In this document: positions 38,531 to 47,762 of the stretch, piece by piece
Position numbering within the stretch: position 1 is the stretch's first letter
How the letters are laid out: each line of letters starts with the position of its first letter
Notes under the pieces: generated by a model
Told to the model about the DNA's origin: nothing
Database searches by the model: none
The model's input: the letters and a program-made list of their open reading frames with translations, nothing else
Source: a virus
IMG/VR virus record: IMGVR_UViG_3300042049_000003
Span: 5,949 to 69,948 of that record
Direction: 5' to 3' (one strand)
DNA length: 64,000 nt
Program-made: the position numbers and the translations under genes

Positions 38531-41500
38531 GTAATTCAGACGAAGATCTATATGAAGTCTACTCAACAATGCAAGAGCAAATGTTGCCTGAGGATCGTCA
38601 AGCTCTAGAAGGAGGTTTTACTTCTGGAGGAAATCTTATAGACTTCATTGATCTAAGACCTGAACACACTCTAGATGAGTCTAAAGTGTTAAACCCTCCC
38701 ATTGTAAATGATGGTGAGGGTTTACTCACTTTTTTACGTAAAACACTTCATAAGTTCCAATGTCCTTACGCATATATAGGGGGGGAGGCGAACTCCCCTT
38801 CTGTAGATACATATAAAGACTCAAAGTTAAAGATTCTTATTTGCAGACTGTCAACTTATAACTCTGTTAGTTTGTCCATGTCTCACTCACTAATGGCTCA
38901 AATATATGCAGAGATAGACAACGTATTTTGTGATCTAGCTTTTCTTCCAAGCCCTAAAGACTTCGAACTATTATGTAAAAATAGTTTCCCTGTATGGTTT
39001 GGGTTAAACACAAAGTTAGGTGCTAAGAAGTTCGATATTTTATCCATAACACATGCAGTAGTTATGGAGCAGGTTAATTTCATTCCTTTACTATGGGAGT
39101 CAGGGATACCTATATTTAAATCACAGAGGATAGATGACGAGTCACAACCTATAATTCTGGTTGGGGGTTCCAATTCAGGGACAACAGCCCCTTTAAATGG
39201 AGAGTTTAAAGATAGTACAGGAAAGGTTCATAGAGGAATCATAGACTGTGTTATTTACGGTGATGGTGAAGAAGCTGCTAAACAGTTCGTAGAGATAGTT
39301 ATAAGTGGTAGAAAAGAGGGTAAGACAAAAAGGGAAATCTTTAGAGATTGCCACGGAAATGTAGAGGGTTTTTATGAGCCAGATTGTTACGAACACAATT
39401 ATGACGGGAAAGGTGTCTTAACCTCGATAACAAAGTCTAAAGGTAGAGAATATGCAGATCTACCGGTCGTACGCGCTACGGTTGAAAACTTAGATACTGT
39501 TAGAACATTAGAAGAAAAGATTTTACCTTACAGTGGTGACGGTACTTCCGTAGACGCTGCTATTGCAGGCTCAGTAGGGTGTATAGGTTCTGCGGGTTTA
39601 GGTGCATGTTCTTTTTGTAGAGAAGGGTCAGAAGGACCGTATAGAGAAAGATCTTTAGATAAAGTTATTGAAGCCATCGGGTTAGCTACAAAGAATCAAG
39701 GTACTAAAGAGGTAACATTCTTCTCTTTAAATTTTAACCAGTATGCAGACTTCTTCCCTCTAGTAGCGAAGAGTGTAGAGAAGGGTTATAAGGTTGGACT
39801 CATCTCACAACGGGTAGATATGCTTGCAGAAACACCTGAACAGATTTCTGTTCAGAAATGGTTAAAAAAATCTAATTATACTTTAGGGATAGAAGGAATT
39901 TCTGGAAGAACTAGAGCGTATTTAAACAAGAATCTTCAAGAGTGGGAGATTCTCAAGTGTGTTTATGTAATGATGAAAGAAGGGGCTTCGGAAATAAAAT
40001 TGTTTCAAATTCTAACAGGGTTAGAAACTGATGTAGACATCGATGAGTTCAATACATTGATGGAGAAGATCAATGCAATAAGAGCTAATTTAGGGGCTTG
40101 TACAAGGTTTAGGATATCTTTCACACCTCTATTTCCAGCAGCTTTCACAGCTCTACAGTTTGCACCTGTTAGAGCTGCTTTGAATCATGGGGCCAGGTTG
40201 GTAGATAAAGTTTTCATACGGGCTAAAGAACTAGGGTGGAATAGAAGGTTTTCAGTGACAAGGGAAGAACCTCTAATAGCAAACTCTATTACACATGGAG
40301 GTCGTGTACTTACAGATATTCTTGTTCGATCATACTTCTGTGATGATTATGTGTTCTACGGATGTATTCCTGAAGGAACTTGGGATAGGTGGGAGAGAAG
40401 AATAGATAAAGATCCTAATATAGATATAGATAGAATCTGGGGAGAGAAAGAGAAAGATTATGTATTTCCTTGGGAGGACATTGCTTACTCTACTACCAAA
40501 CAAATTTTGTGGTTAGGGTATGTAAAAGCTACTGCTTTTATGGGATCTACATATTGTCTATCTACTAGAACAGTTAAAGGGATATGTAAGTGGAGAGAGT
40601 GTGGGGCATGTGACCCTAAGAAAACAGGTAAGCCTAATGCACAAATAATGAAAAATATTGTAGGAAGAAAGGTAGCCCCTACTATACCAGTATCAAAGAT
40701 AGCAGAACTTGCTAAGACAAATGATAAGAGCTACCACGTAAGAGTCTTATTTAGAACAGAAGATCCTATATACCGGTACGTTAGTAAAGGGTATTTTTCT
40801 TGTCAAATACCACGAGCCTTAATGCTTACATCTCCTAAGTTTGATAATGCTTATATAACCAGTCTAGGACATGCCAGAATGTCGGCAGGAGCAAATACAA
40901 CCAAGGATTGGACTTTTGGAAGCAACATCTATGACTTTTCTTTACGAGAAAAAGTGTCGCAGCAAGAGTTAAAATCTATTCTTCCTGAAGCTAACAAGTT
41001 AATAGGTGAGGGAAGTATTTTAGATATAAAAGTAGAGACTCACCTAACTATGTTGAGAAACGACGTAGATTATGCTGTTTACAGTGTTTTCATCCCTAAT
41101 AAAGGGGTGACGTTTCATAAGCTTAGTACTGATATAGATAGGTTTATTGAAGCTCGTAATAAGGGAAAGAAGGCTTTTATAAATGTAAAGGTTGCAAAGG
41201 GAAAGGATTCTGTTGCTACGGTTAAGAAACTACTTTTAGATAAGGATGTAAGAGCGGTTACTTACCAATTTACCCCTGAATTTAAAGGTACATTAGTTAG
41301 AATGGCTATATCTGCAAACTTCAACCCTTTCGCTATGTTGGAAGCTATTACGAAGAGGAAGTTTCAGATGTGGAAAGAGTTCCCTATTTTCTGTGACGGG
41401 TATGTACAGGTTCCTAAGGTCGAAGGTGAGGTAGATTTGTTCGCTACTCTCCTAAATGAAAACCCTTTATGTAAAGCTACAGGGAGACAGATCGAGATAG

Positions 41501-41634
41501 ACTTATTTACAGGTAAAGTTCTACCTTCAGGATATAGTCTCAGCTCAGAAGATGGGATAGACAAAAACTATCCTATAGATATAGATGTCTTCTTCACCAA
41601 GAAATTAAAATCATTAGAGGAGTTATGCAAATAG
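38527..41634 (+). CDS. Large radical SAM protein (TIGR03960-like) with probable radical-SAM-linked (DUF2344-like) C-terminal region
   Basis: KILICRLS, FDILSITHAVVMEQVNFIPLL..SGIP, IILVGG, GDGEE, GCIGSAGLGACSFCRE (CX8CX2C) and LGIEGISGRTR; later YHVRVLFRTEDPIYRYVS. Confidence 0.75.
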   Translation: MSNSDEDLYEVYSTMQEQMLPEDRQALEGGFTSGGNLIDFIDLRPEHTLDESKVLNPPIVNDGEGLLTFLRKTLHKFQCPYAYIGGEANSPSVDTYKDSKLKILICRLSTYNSVSLSMSHSLMAQIYAEIDNVFCDLAFLPSPKDFELLCKNSFPVWFGLNTKLGAKKFDILSITHAVVMEQVNFIPLLWESGIPIFKSQRIDDESQPIILVGGSNSGTTAPLNGEFKDSTGKVHRGIIDCVIYGDGEEAAKQFVEIVISGRKEGKTKREIFRDCHGNVEGFYEPDCYEHNYDGKGVLTSITKSKGREYADLPVVRATVENLDTVRTLEEKILPYSGDGTSVDAAIAGSVGCIGSAGLGACSFCREGSEGPYRERSLDKVIEAIGLATKNQGTKEVTFFSLNFNQYADFFPLVAKSVEKGYKVGLISQRVDMLAETPEQISVQKWLKKSNYTLGIEGISGRTRAYLNKNLQEWEILKCVYVMMKEGASEIKLFQILTGLETDVDIDEFNTLMEKINAIRANLGACTRFRISFTPLFPAAFTALQFAPVRAALNHGARLVDKVFIRAKELGWNRRFSVTREEPLIANSITHGGRVLTDILVRSYFCDDYVFYGCIPEGTWDRWERRIDKDPNIDIDRIWGEKEKDYVFPWEDIAYSTTKQILWLGYVKATAFMGSTYCLSTRTVKGICKWRECGACDPKKTGKPNAQIMKNIVGRKVAPTIPVSKIAELAKTNDKSYHVRVLFRTEDPIYRYVSKGYFSCQIPRALMLTSPKFDNAYITSLGHARMSAGANTTKDWTFGSNIYDFSLREKVSQQELKSILPEANKLIGEGSILDIKVETHLTMLRNDVDYAVYSVFIPNKGVTFHKLSTDIDRFIEARNKGKKAFINVKVAKGKDSVATVKKLLLDKDVRAVTYQFTPEFKGTLVRMAISANFNPFAMLEAITKRKFQMWKEFPIFCDGYVQVPKVEGEVDLFATLLNENPLCKATGRQIEIDLFTGKVLPSGYSLSSEDGIDKNYPIDIDVFFTKKLKSLEELCK

Positions 41635-42233
41635 AGGTAAGACCATTAACACAAAGAGCAAAAGAATACATAAAATCAAGAGGGTACACGGAAGAGATTA
41701 TAGAAAAAGAGAAGGTCTACAGTATTACAGACCCTTATGACAGACCTTGTATAAGATGGCTATGTTACTCAATGTCAGGTGCTTTCATAGGATATAATGA
41801 CAGGACTATAGAAGGTAAGAGATTCTGCTGGGGTCATTCAAGCAGAAGGTTCCTTCCTACTCTCTACGGCACAGAGGAAGACTACAAAATCCTATTTGAT
41901 ACTGGTTCAATGATTCTTGTAGAAGGAATATTTGACAGAGTAGCTTTAAAGAGATGTTTTCCTAATCAAGCCGTTTTCTCTAGAATGACTGTAGGGTTAT
42001 CAAACAGTATCTTCAATTTCATCTTGAGGTTCTGTTCGTGTTTAATCCTGTGCTATGATCAGGATGATGCTGGAGTGAAATCAACAAAAGATGTAGAGAG
42101 TAAACTTCTAGGAAAAGTACCTGTAATATCTTTAAGTTACCGTCATAAAGACCCCTCACTTTTCTTAGAGAAAAGAGGTATTAACGTAATGTTAGAGAAG
42201 TTCAAGACTCAAATAGATAGGTATACATTATGA
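41625..42233 (+). CDS. Primase catalytic (TOPRIM) domain protein
   Basis: YIKSRGY, LVEGIFDRVAL, LCYDQDDAG, YRHKDP; no zinc finger. Confidence 0.85.
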   Translation: MQIEVRPLTQRAKEYIKSRGYTEEIIEKEKVYSITDPYDRPCIRWLCYSMSGAFIGYNDRTIEGKRFCWGHSSRRFLPTLYGTEEDYKILFDTGSMILVEGIFDRVALKRCFPNQAVFSRMTVGLSNSIFNFILRFCSCLILCYDQDDAGVKSTKDVESKLLGKVPVISLSYRHKDPSLFLEKRGINVMLEKFKTQIDRYTL

Positions 42234-43360
42234 CGAATTTGAATCTGCCAAATAAGTACAGACCAAAAAACTTCTGTTCTGTATTAGGTCAAGATAGTGA
42301 AGTCAAGATATTGAGACAGATAGCAACCAAAGACTGGTTACCTAATGCTATTCTCATCTCGGGACCTTTCGGAACAGGTAAAACGACTCTTGCAAGATTA
42401 TTGGCAAGATCTTTATTCTGTTCAGATAGGAAGAAGGATTCACAAGGGGTTTTGTGTGAACCTTGTGGGGGATGTAGAAGTTGTAAGTCTATGGATTCAT
42501 TAAACCATCCTAACTACAGGGAGGTTGATTCTGCTTCTCATGGATCTGTTGCAGATATTAGATCTTTAAAAGGAGACTTGGCATATAGGTCAGGGAGTAC
42601 AGGGGTTATAATAGTTCTTGATGAATGCCATCAGTTGACTAGTGCAGCACAGAATTCTCTTTTACAGATTTTAGAAGAAGGGAGTTCAAAAGATGTTCTG
42701 TTCATTTTTGCTACTACAGCCAAAGATAAGATGTTGCCAACCATCTTATCTAGATGTATCAATTTGAATATGAGACTTCTCACTCCTACTCAAGTTAGTA
42801 CGAGATTACAACAGGTGTGTGGTTTAGAAGGTATTAAACACACAGGCTCTGCACTTAAACTCATAGCTTCTTATATAAAAGGTCATATGAGAGATGCTCT
42901 AATGTTATTAGAGCAATTGTCAAACACAACAGATATCATTACTGAAGACATAGTTAGAACCTATTTAAGGTTAGACAAAGACATTGAGATTTATAAGTTC
43001 TTAAGTGAGAGCGACGTAAAGACAAATTTACAGACGTTAGAGGCGTTATTGTGTACATACCATTCATCAGAGTTATTAAAGTGTTTAGTAACTATACTGG
43101 TAGAGGCTTTTAAAGTTTCTAAGGGTTTACCCGCAGCAACTGAGGTAGACTCTGTGTGGTTGAAAAAGGTTGCAACTACTAGAGGAGAGGATAATTTGTT
43201 AAACATGGCAGAGAGTTTGTTACTAAAGTCGAACAGCCCTGTATCCTTTATACAAGAAGGGATTGCGGTAATTGGAGGTGTTCTGTTTCGACATAAAGCC
43301 GTTGAGGTTAGTGTTCAGCAGAATAGTTCTGATTTTCGAAGGAAGAAAAGTTCGTGTTAA
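42230..43360 (+). CDS. dnaX: Clamp loader gamma/tau subunit
   Basis: KYRPKNFCSVLGQ, GPFGTGKTTLAR, CGGCRSC, EVDSAS, LDECHQL, PTILSRC, GHMRDALMLLEQ. Confidence 0.92.
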   Translation: MTNLNLPNKYRPKNFCSVLGQDSEVKILRQIATKDWLPNAILISGPFGTGKTTLARLLARSLFCSDRKKDSQGVLCEPCGGCRSCKSMDSLNHPNYREVDSASHGSVADIRSLKGDLAYRSGSTGVIIVLDECHQLTSAAQNSLLQILEEGSSKDVLFIFATTAKDKMLPTILSRCINLNMRLLTPTQVSTRLQQVCGLEGIKHTGSALKLIASYIKGHMRDALMLLEQLSNTTDIITEDIVRTYLRLDKDIEIYKFLSESDVKTNLQTLEALLCTYHSSELLKCLVTILVEAFKVSKGLPAATEVDSVWLKKVATTRGEDNLLNMAESLLLKSNSPVSFIQEGIAVIGGVLFRHKAVEVSVQQNSSDFRRKKSSC

Positions 43361-43376
43361 TTAAAAGGAGATCATT

Positions 43377-44255
43377 ATGGAAAGAGTGTTAATAGTGGAT
43401 GCCTCACCACTAATATATAGTAATTACAGTAAGTTATCCCATATAAAAAGTTCTAAGGGTGAACCTACAGGAGTTCGATATGGGTTCATTCGTTCTATTA
43501 AGTCTTTACAAGTTAAGACTAGGGTAGATAGAGTTATAATTTGTTATGACAGTAAAGGGTCTATAGATAAAGCTGAAGGTGTTTCTGAGTATAAAGCTAA
43601 CAGAGTTGAGACTCAGGTAAAGAAAGACATGTACTCTCAGATAGATGATTTAAAGGCTCTGTTAAGTTTAACAAGATGGGCTCAAGTAGAAAAACCTGGT
43701 GTAGAAGCAGATGACATAGTCGCTACTCTAGCTAGGAAAGAGTATGAAAAGGGACATAAGGTAATAATATTTTCAGTTGACGAAGATTTTTTACAGCTGA
43801 TATGTAATAGACCTTGTTCTAGTATAAGTGTCGCAGTTAAAATTAATTCAAAATTACAGATAAGAGATGATTCCTTCGTTATAGACAAGTACGGGGTAAG
43901 ACCTTCAAACTTGCTATATCTAAGGTCATTAAAGGGTGACACATCCGATAATCTAAAGAGTGTTGGTTTAAAAAGTTCTACACTTGCACACATTATAAAA
44001 GTATTAGATGGAGTTCCGGAAGGGTTAAATCTTCAGGAGTTGGGTTTATATGTCAGATGTAAGTGTGATTCTGAAATGCAAGAAGAGTTACTGAGTGTTG
44101 AAGATAAAATTCTGAGAAACCAGAAGGTAATGACTTTATATAACATAGATGATTTATATGTAAAAGAAGGTCTCTCAGATCTTGAGAGCCTTACGAAATT
44201 GTTTGAGGAGTTGGAGTTTAAGTCTTTGATTCAACATATAAATTTATTTCTGTGA
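43377..44255 (+). CDS. 5'-3' exonuclease/flap endonuclease (PolA N-terminal-like)
   Basis: LIVDAS, CYD, YKANR, EADDIVAT, SVDEDFLQL, LKGDTSDN. Confidence 0.92.
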   Translation: MERVLIVDASPLIYSNYSKLSHIKSSKGEPTGVRYGFIRSIKSLQVKTRVDRVIICYDSKGSIDKAEGVSEYKANRVETQVKKDMYSQIDDLKALLSLTRWAQVEKPGVEADDIVATLARKEYEKGHKVIIFSVDEDFLQLICNRPCSSISVAVKINSKLQIRDDSFVIDKYGVRPSNLLYLRSLKGDTSDNLKSVGLKSSTLAHIIKVLDGVPEGLNLQELGLYVRCKCDSEMQEELLSVEDKILRNQKVMTLYNIDDLYVKEGLSDLESLTKLFEELEFKSLIQHINLFL

Positions 44256-44277
44256 GTAGATAACAAAGGAGGTTTTA

Positions 44278-44343
44278 ATGGGCGTTAATCTTATTATATG
44301 TGTGGTCATTCTTCTATTACTAGTTGCGAAGTCTATTAGATAG
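44278..44343 (+). CDS. 21-aa single-pass membrane peptide (not in ORF track)
   Basis: AAGGAGG at 44266-44272, 5-nt spacer, then MGVNLIICVVILLLLVAKSIR*. Confidence 0.6.
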   Translation: MGVNLIICVVILLLLVAKSIR

Positions 44344-44424
44344 TCTGAAATAGAAACCTTTACAGGTTTCCCCTCTATGATACAATTCTTTCCCCTAACT
44401 AAGAATTTTAAAAGGAGATTAAGT

Positions 44425-46281
44425 ATGGTGGACCCCTACAAACAGCAGATAGTTCTAGATGTTTGGAAAGAAAAGTATTCGACTAAAGGGGAGGTGTGCA
44501 TCGATGAAAGTTTTAAACGTGTTGTAGAGGCTATAATACCTTTAACTGTAAAGAACAAGCACCGAGAGAAAATTCTTCAGGCGTTAAAAGATAGGCATCA
44601 GATTTTAGCTGGCAGGGTTTTATCCGGAGCAGGTTCTTCAAAGAGAGTGACCTTATTAAATTGTTTTGTATCACCTAAGATAGAGGATTCCTTAGATTCT
44701 ATTATGGATTGTCTAGCTACATCTGCGTTCACTCAACAGATGGGTGGTGGAATAGGTATGGACTTCTCTAACTTAAGACCTTGTGGGGCTACAGTTTTCA
44801 GGACTGGCTCTGAGTCTAGCGGAGTAATACCTTTTATGCATATGTGGGATGCCATGTGTAAAACTATTATGTCTTCAGGATCTCGTAGAGGTGCAATGAT
44901 GGGGACACTGTCTGTATACCACCCAGATATTGAAAGATTCATAGACGTAAAGAAGAAGAGTGGAAGCTTAGAGATGTTCAATCTCTCTATTCTAATACCG
45001 GATAGCTTTATGCGTTCTGTAGCGGATGATGGTATAGTTCATTTGAAATGCCCTAACCCTAGGGTAGACGAAACTTACACAGAAATCTTAGAAGAAGGTG
45101 GCCAGAAGTTTTATGTGTATAAGACTATTAAGGCTAGAGATTTGTGGGAAAGAATAACTAAATCCACTTATGTTTATAGTGAACCAGGTCTTATTTTTAT
45201 TGATAGGGTAAACAAGCTCAACAACCTTTACTATTGTGAGTCTATATCCGCTACAAACCCTTGTGGAGAGCAACCCCTACCTCATAATGGTTGTTGTAAC
45301 TTAGGTCATATAAATCTTGCTGGCATGGTCAAGAATTCTTTTACAGATGAAGCAAGTATAGATTGGGAATTGTTGAAGGAGACTGCAACAGGGTTAACGT
45401 ATTTTCAAGATGCAGTTATTGAGAACTCTTTATACCCTACCGAAGAACAAAGAACAGAGGCTTTAGATAAGCGCAGATTAGGGCTTGGGTATACAGGTCT
45501 AGCGAACATGCTTCAGCAGTTAAAGGTTGCCTACGGTACAGATAAGGCTGTTTCCATAACACGAGAAGTTTCTGAGGCTTTTGCTTGTGCAGTTTATAGA
45601 GCCTCAATCAGTCTATCTAAAGAGAAAGGGAGTTTCCCAAGTTTTGACGTAGATAATTTTCTGAAAGCTTCTTTTGTTACCAAGCTTCCAAAGGATATAA
45701 GGGATGGTATTAGAAAACACGGAATTAGAAACGGGGTGTTGCTAACTATAGCCCCTACAGGTACAAGTTCTATTATCGCAGGGAATGTAAGTTCCGGTAT
45801 AGAGCCTGTGTTTGCATTTACGTATACAAGAAAGGTTCTTGTTAAAGATGAGTTTAACGAAGATACTAAGAGACAGTACGAAGTTTACGACTATGGTTAT
45901 CTAAAGTTTTATTCTACTTTACACCCTGATAAAGAACTAGGATCTGTCCCTCTTCCTCACTATATGAATACAGCAAAAGATTTGACAGTGGTGTCTCATT
46001 TAAAGATGGTAGCAGCAGCTCAAGAGTGGGTAGATTCTGCTATTTCAAAAACAGTTAATGTACCTACAGATCTTTCGTATGAAGACTTTAAAAACATCTA
46101 TTTAGCGGCTTATTCTCTCGGGTTAAAGGGGTGTACAACTTATAGAGAGTGTGCGGAGTCAGGGAGGATGTCTGTGCTACAGTCATCAGAGATGGTATGT
46201 AAAACCTGTAATTCTTCTATCCCTTCTAATTCAGGTTCATGTGCTATATGCCCTATATGCGGTGTTGGTTCATGCGGGTAA
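44425..46281 (+). CDS. nrdJ: Ribonucleotide reductase, probably class II (adenosylcobalamin-dependent)
   Basis: GRVLSGAG, TLLNCFV, GGGIGMDFS, RRGAMM, TNPCGEQPL, GCCNLG, TIAPTGT and C-terminal Zn ribbon. No NrdB in the window. Start ATG 44425 after AGGAG. Confidence 0.85.
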   Translation: MVDPYKQQIVLDVWKEKYSTKGEVCIDESFKRVVEAIIPLTVKNKHREKILQALKDRHQILAGRVLSGAGSSKRVTLLNCFVSPKIEDSLDSIMDCLATSAFTQQMGGGIGMDFSNLRPCGATVFRTGSESSGVIPFMHMWDAMCKTIMSSGSRRGAMMGTLSVYHPDIERFIDVKKKSGSLEMFNLSILIPDSFMRSVADDGIVHLKCPNPRVDETYTEILEEGGQKFYVYKTIKARDLWERITKSTYVYSEPGLIFIDRVNKLNNLYYCESISATNPCGEQPLPHNGCCNLGHINLAGMVKNSFTDEASIDWELLKETATGLTYFQDAVIENSLYPTEEQRTEALDKRRLGLGYTGLANMLQQLKVAYGTDKAVSITREVSEAFACAVYRASISLSKEKGSFPSFDVDNFLKASFVTKLPKDIRDGIRKHGIRNGVLLTIAPTGTSSIIAGNVSSGIEPVFAFTYTRKVLVKDEFNEDTKRQYEVYDYGYLKFYSTLHPDKELGSVPLPHYMNTAKDLTVVSHLKMVAAAQEWVDSAISKTVNVPTDLSYEDFKNIYLAAYSLGLKGCTTYRECAESGRMSVLQSSEMVCKTCNSSIPSNSGSCAICPICGVGSCG

Positions 46282-46286
46282 ATAGA

Positions 46287-46697
46287 ATGTCTGATAAACA
46301 ACACATCTGTAAGGATATTCGAGATTTACTGGCTAGTGGTTTAGATTGTAATGTTCAAGATGTGTATGGGAACTCTTGCCTCCATTATTCATGTGTGAAT
46401 GCAAGGTCTGATATCAAGCAGTTATTATTAAAGAGACTTAAAGTTAAGGAAAGGTGTCCTAGTAAGGAGAAATATTTGAAATTATTTTCACTTTGTATTA
46501 TACACGGTGTTAGATGCACCCAAACTCTTATAGAGTTTGGGTGTAAGGTATCTATAAGAAACATGTTAGGTCACTCTTCTCTATACGTTGCTTGTTATAA
46601 TGATCATTTAGACGTTTTGAGATACCTAATACCTGAAGAACAGAAGGTCGTAAGATCAGATGTAAAAAAGTATCTTGCTATATTGTCAGAGTGTTAA
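46287..46697 (+). CDS. Ankyrin repeat protein, degenerate (about 2 repeats)
   Basis: DVYGNSCLHYSC, NMLGHSSLYVACYNDH. Confidence 0.7.
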   Translation: MSDKQHICKDIRDLLASGLDCNVQDVYGNSCLHYSCVNARSDIKQLLLKRLKVKERCPSKEKYLKLFSLCIIHGVRCTQTLIEFGCKVSIRNMLGHSSLYVACYNDHLDVLRYLIPEEQKVVRSDVKKYLAILSEC

Positions 46698-46710
46698 GAG
46701 GTCCTCTAAA

Positions 46711-47601
46711 ATGGTTTTAGACTTACTGGATGCCTGTAGAAAAGGTAACACTGTACAGGTTAGATCTATTATAAAGGGTAAGAACAGTTTCAAGTTTCAA
46801 GTTTCAAGTAAAGGAGAGACACCTTTACATTTAGCTTGTAAATATGGTCATTCTGCCATAGTAAAAATCCTGACAACAAAAGGGGAAAACCTAAACAGTA
46901 AAACATTAATAGGTCAAACTCCTTTACATTTAGCATGTTTAAATACCGTTACGAAAGTGGTAACAATTATGCTTAAAAAAGGTGCAGACATGTTAGAGGG
47001 AGATTGTAGGGGAGATTCTCCTTTACACTATGTCGCGTTAAAAGGTTCTATGGAATTCTTAAATCTTTTTATTGGGACAGGGGTTTCTTTAGATAAGAAG
47101 AATCTATTTGGGAACTCTGCTCTACACCACGCCTGTTTCTGTGGTCATTATAAGGTCGTAGAAGCTCTTGTAGGTTCAGGGTGTAATATAGACGTCACTA
47201 ATAACGAGATGTTCCTTCCTATCCACATAGCAAGCTCTGAGGGCAAGACTTCTTGTGTAGAGTTGTTGTTAAATCTAGGAGTTTCTCCAGAAATAAAAAG
47301 TGGTTCTGAAGGGAACACTTGTTTACATCTTGCCTCACTGGCTGGGAGAGAAGATACAGTACAAGTGCTGTTAGATAAATCTGCTCGTATTTCGGCGGTT
47401 AACGATCATGGCGACTCCTCGTTACATTTAGCTTGTATGAAAGATCATTTATCAGTGTGTAAACTTCTTCTATCTAGCGGGTCTAGTATCTTACTTAAAA
47501 ATAAATTAGGTTTCTCCCCTAGACAGTTAGCTACTAGCAGAGGTCATATTAGAATAGTTAATTTAATGAAGTCCGCAGAGAGTTTTGGGAAAATAGACTA
47601 G
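46711..47601 (+). CDS. Ankyrin repeat protein (about 8 repeats)
   Basis: Repeated GETPLHLACKYGH-type units. Confidence 0.95.
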   Translation: MVLDLLDACRKGNTVQVRSIIKGKNSFKFQVSSKGETPLHLACKYGHSAIVKILTTKGENLNSKTLIGQTPLHLACLNTVTKVVTIMLKKGADMLEGDCRGDSPLHYVALKGSMEFLNLFIGTGVSLDKKNLFGNSALHHACFCGHYKVVEALVGSGCNIDVTNNEMFLPIHIASSEGKTSCVELLLNLGVSPEIKSGSEGNTCLHLASLAGREDTVQVLLDKSARISAVNDHGDSSLHLACMKDHLSVCKLLLSSGSSILLKNKLGFSPRQLATSRGHIRIVNLMKSAESFGKID

Positions 47602-47626
47602 AAGTTATACATGTAGTCCAAAGAAT

Positions 47627-47716
47627 GGCAGCCACACGCGCTGTACAATACCTGTAGGAAAAGGCAGCCACACGCGCTGTACAATACCTGTAGGAAAAGG
47701 CAGCCACACGCGCTGT
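47627..47716 (+). repeat. 36-bp tandem repeat, 2.5 copies
   Basis: GGCAGCCACACGCGCTGTACAATACCTGTAGGAAAA at 47627 and 47663, with an 18-bp partial copy at 47699. Confidence 0.95.
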
Positions 47717-47762
47717 GAAACTACAGTAGGAAGAATAAGTAGAGGTTAGAGGGTAGGTTAGA

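Noticed and set aside
47627-47716. CRISPR mini-array (36-bp unit)
   Set aside because: The units are head-to-tail with identical intervening sequence and no unique spacers. The Cas4-like nuclease at 35465 sits in the recombination cluster with no cas1/cas2.
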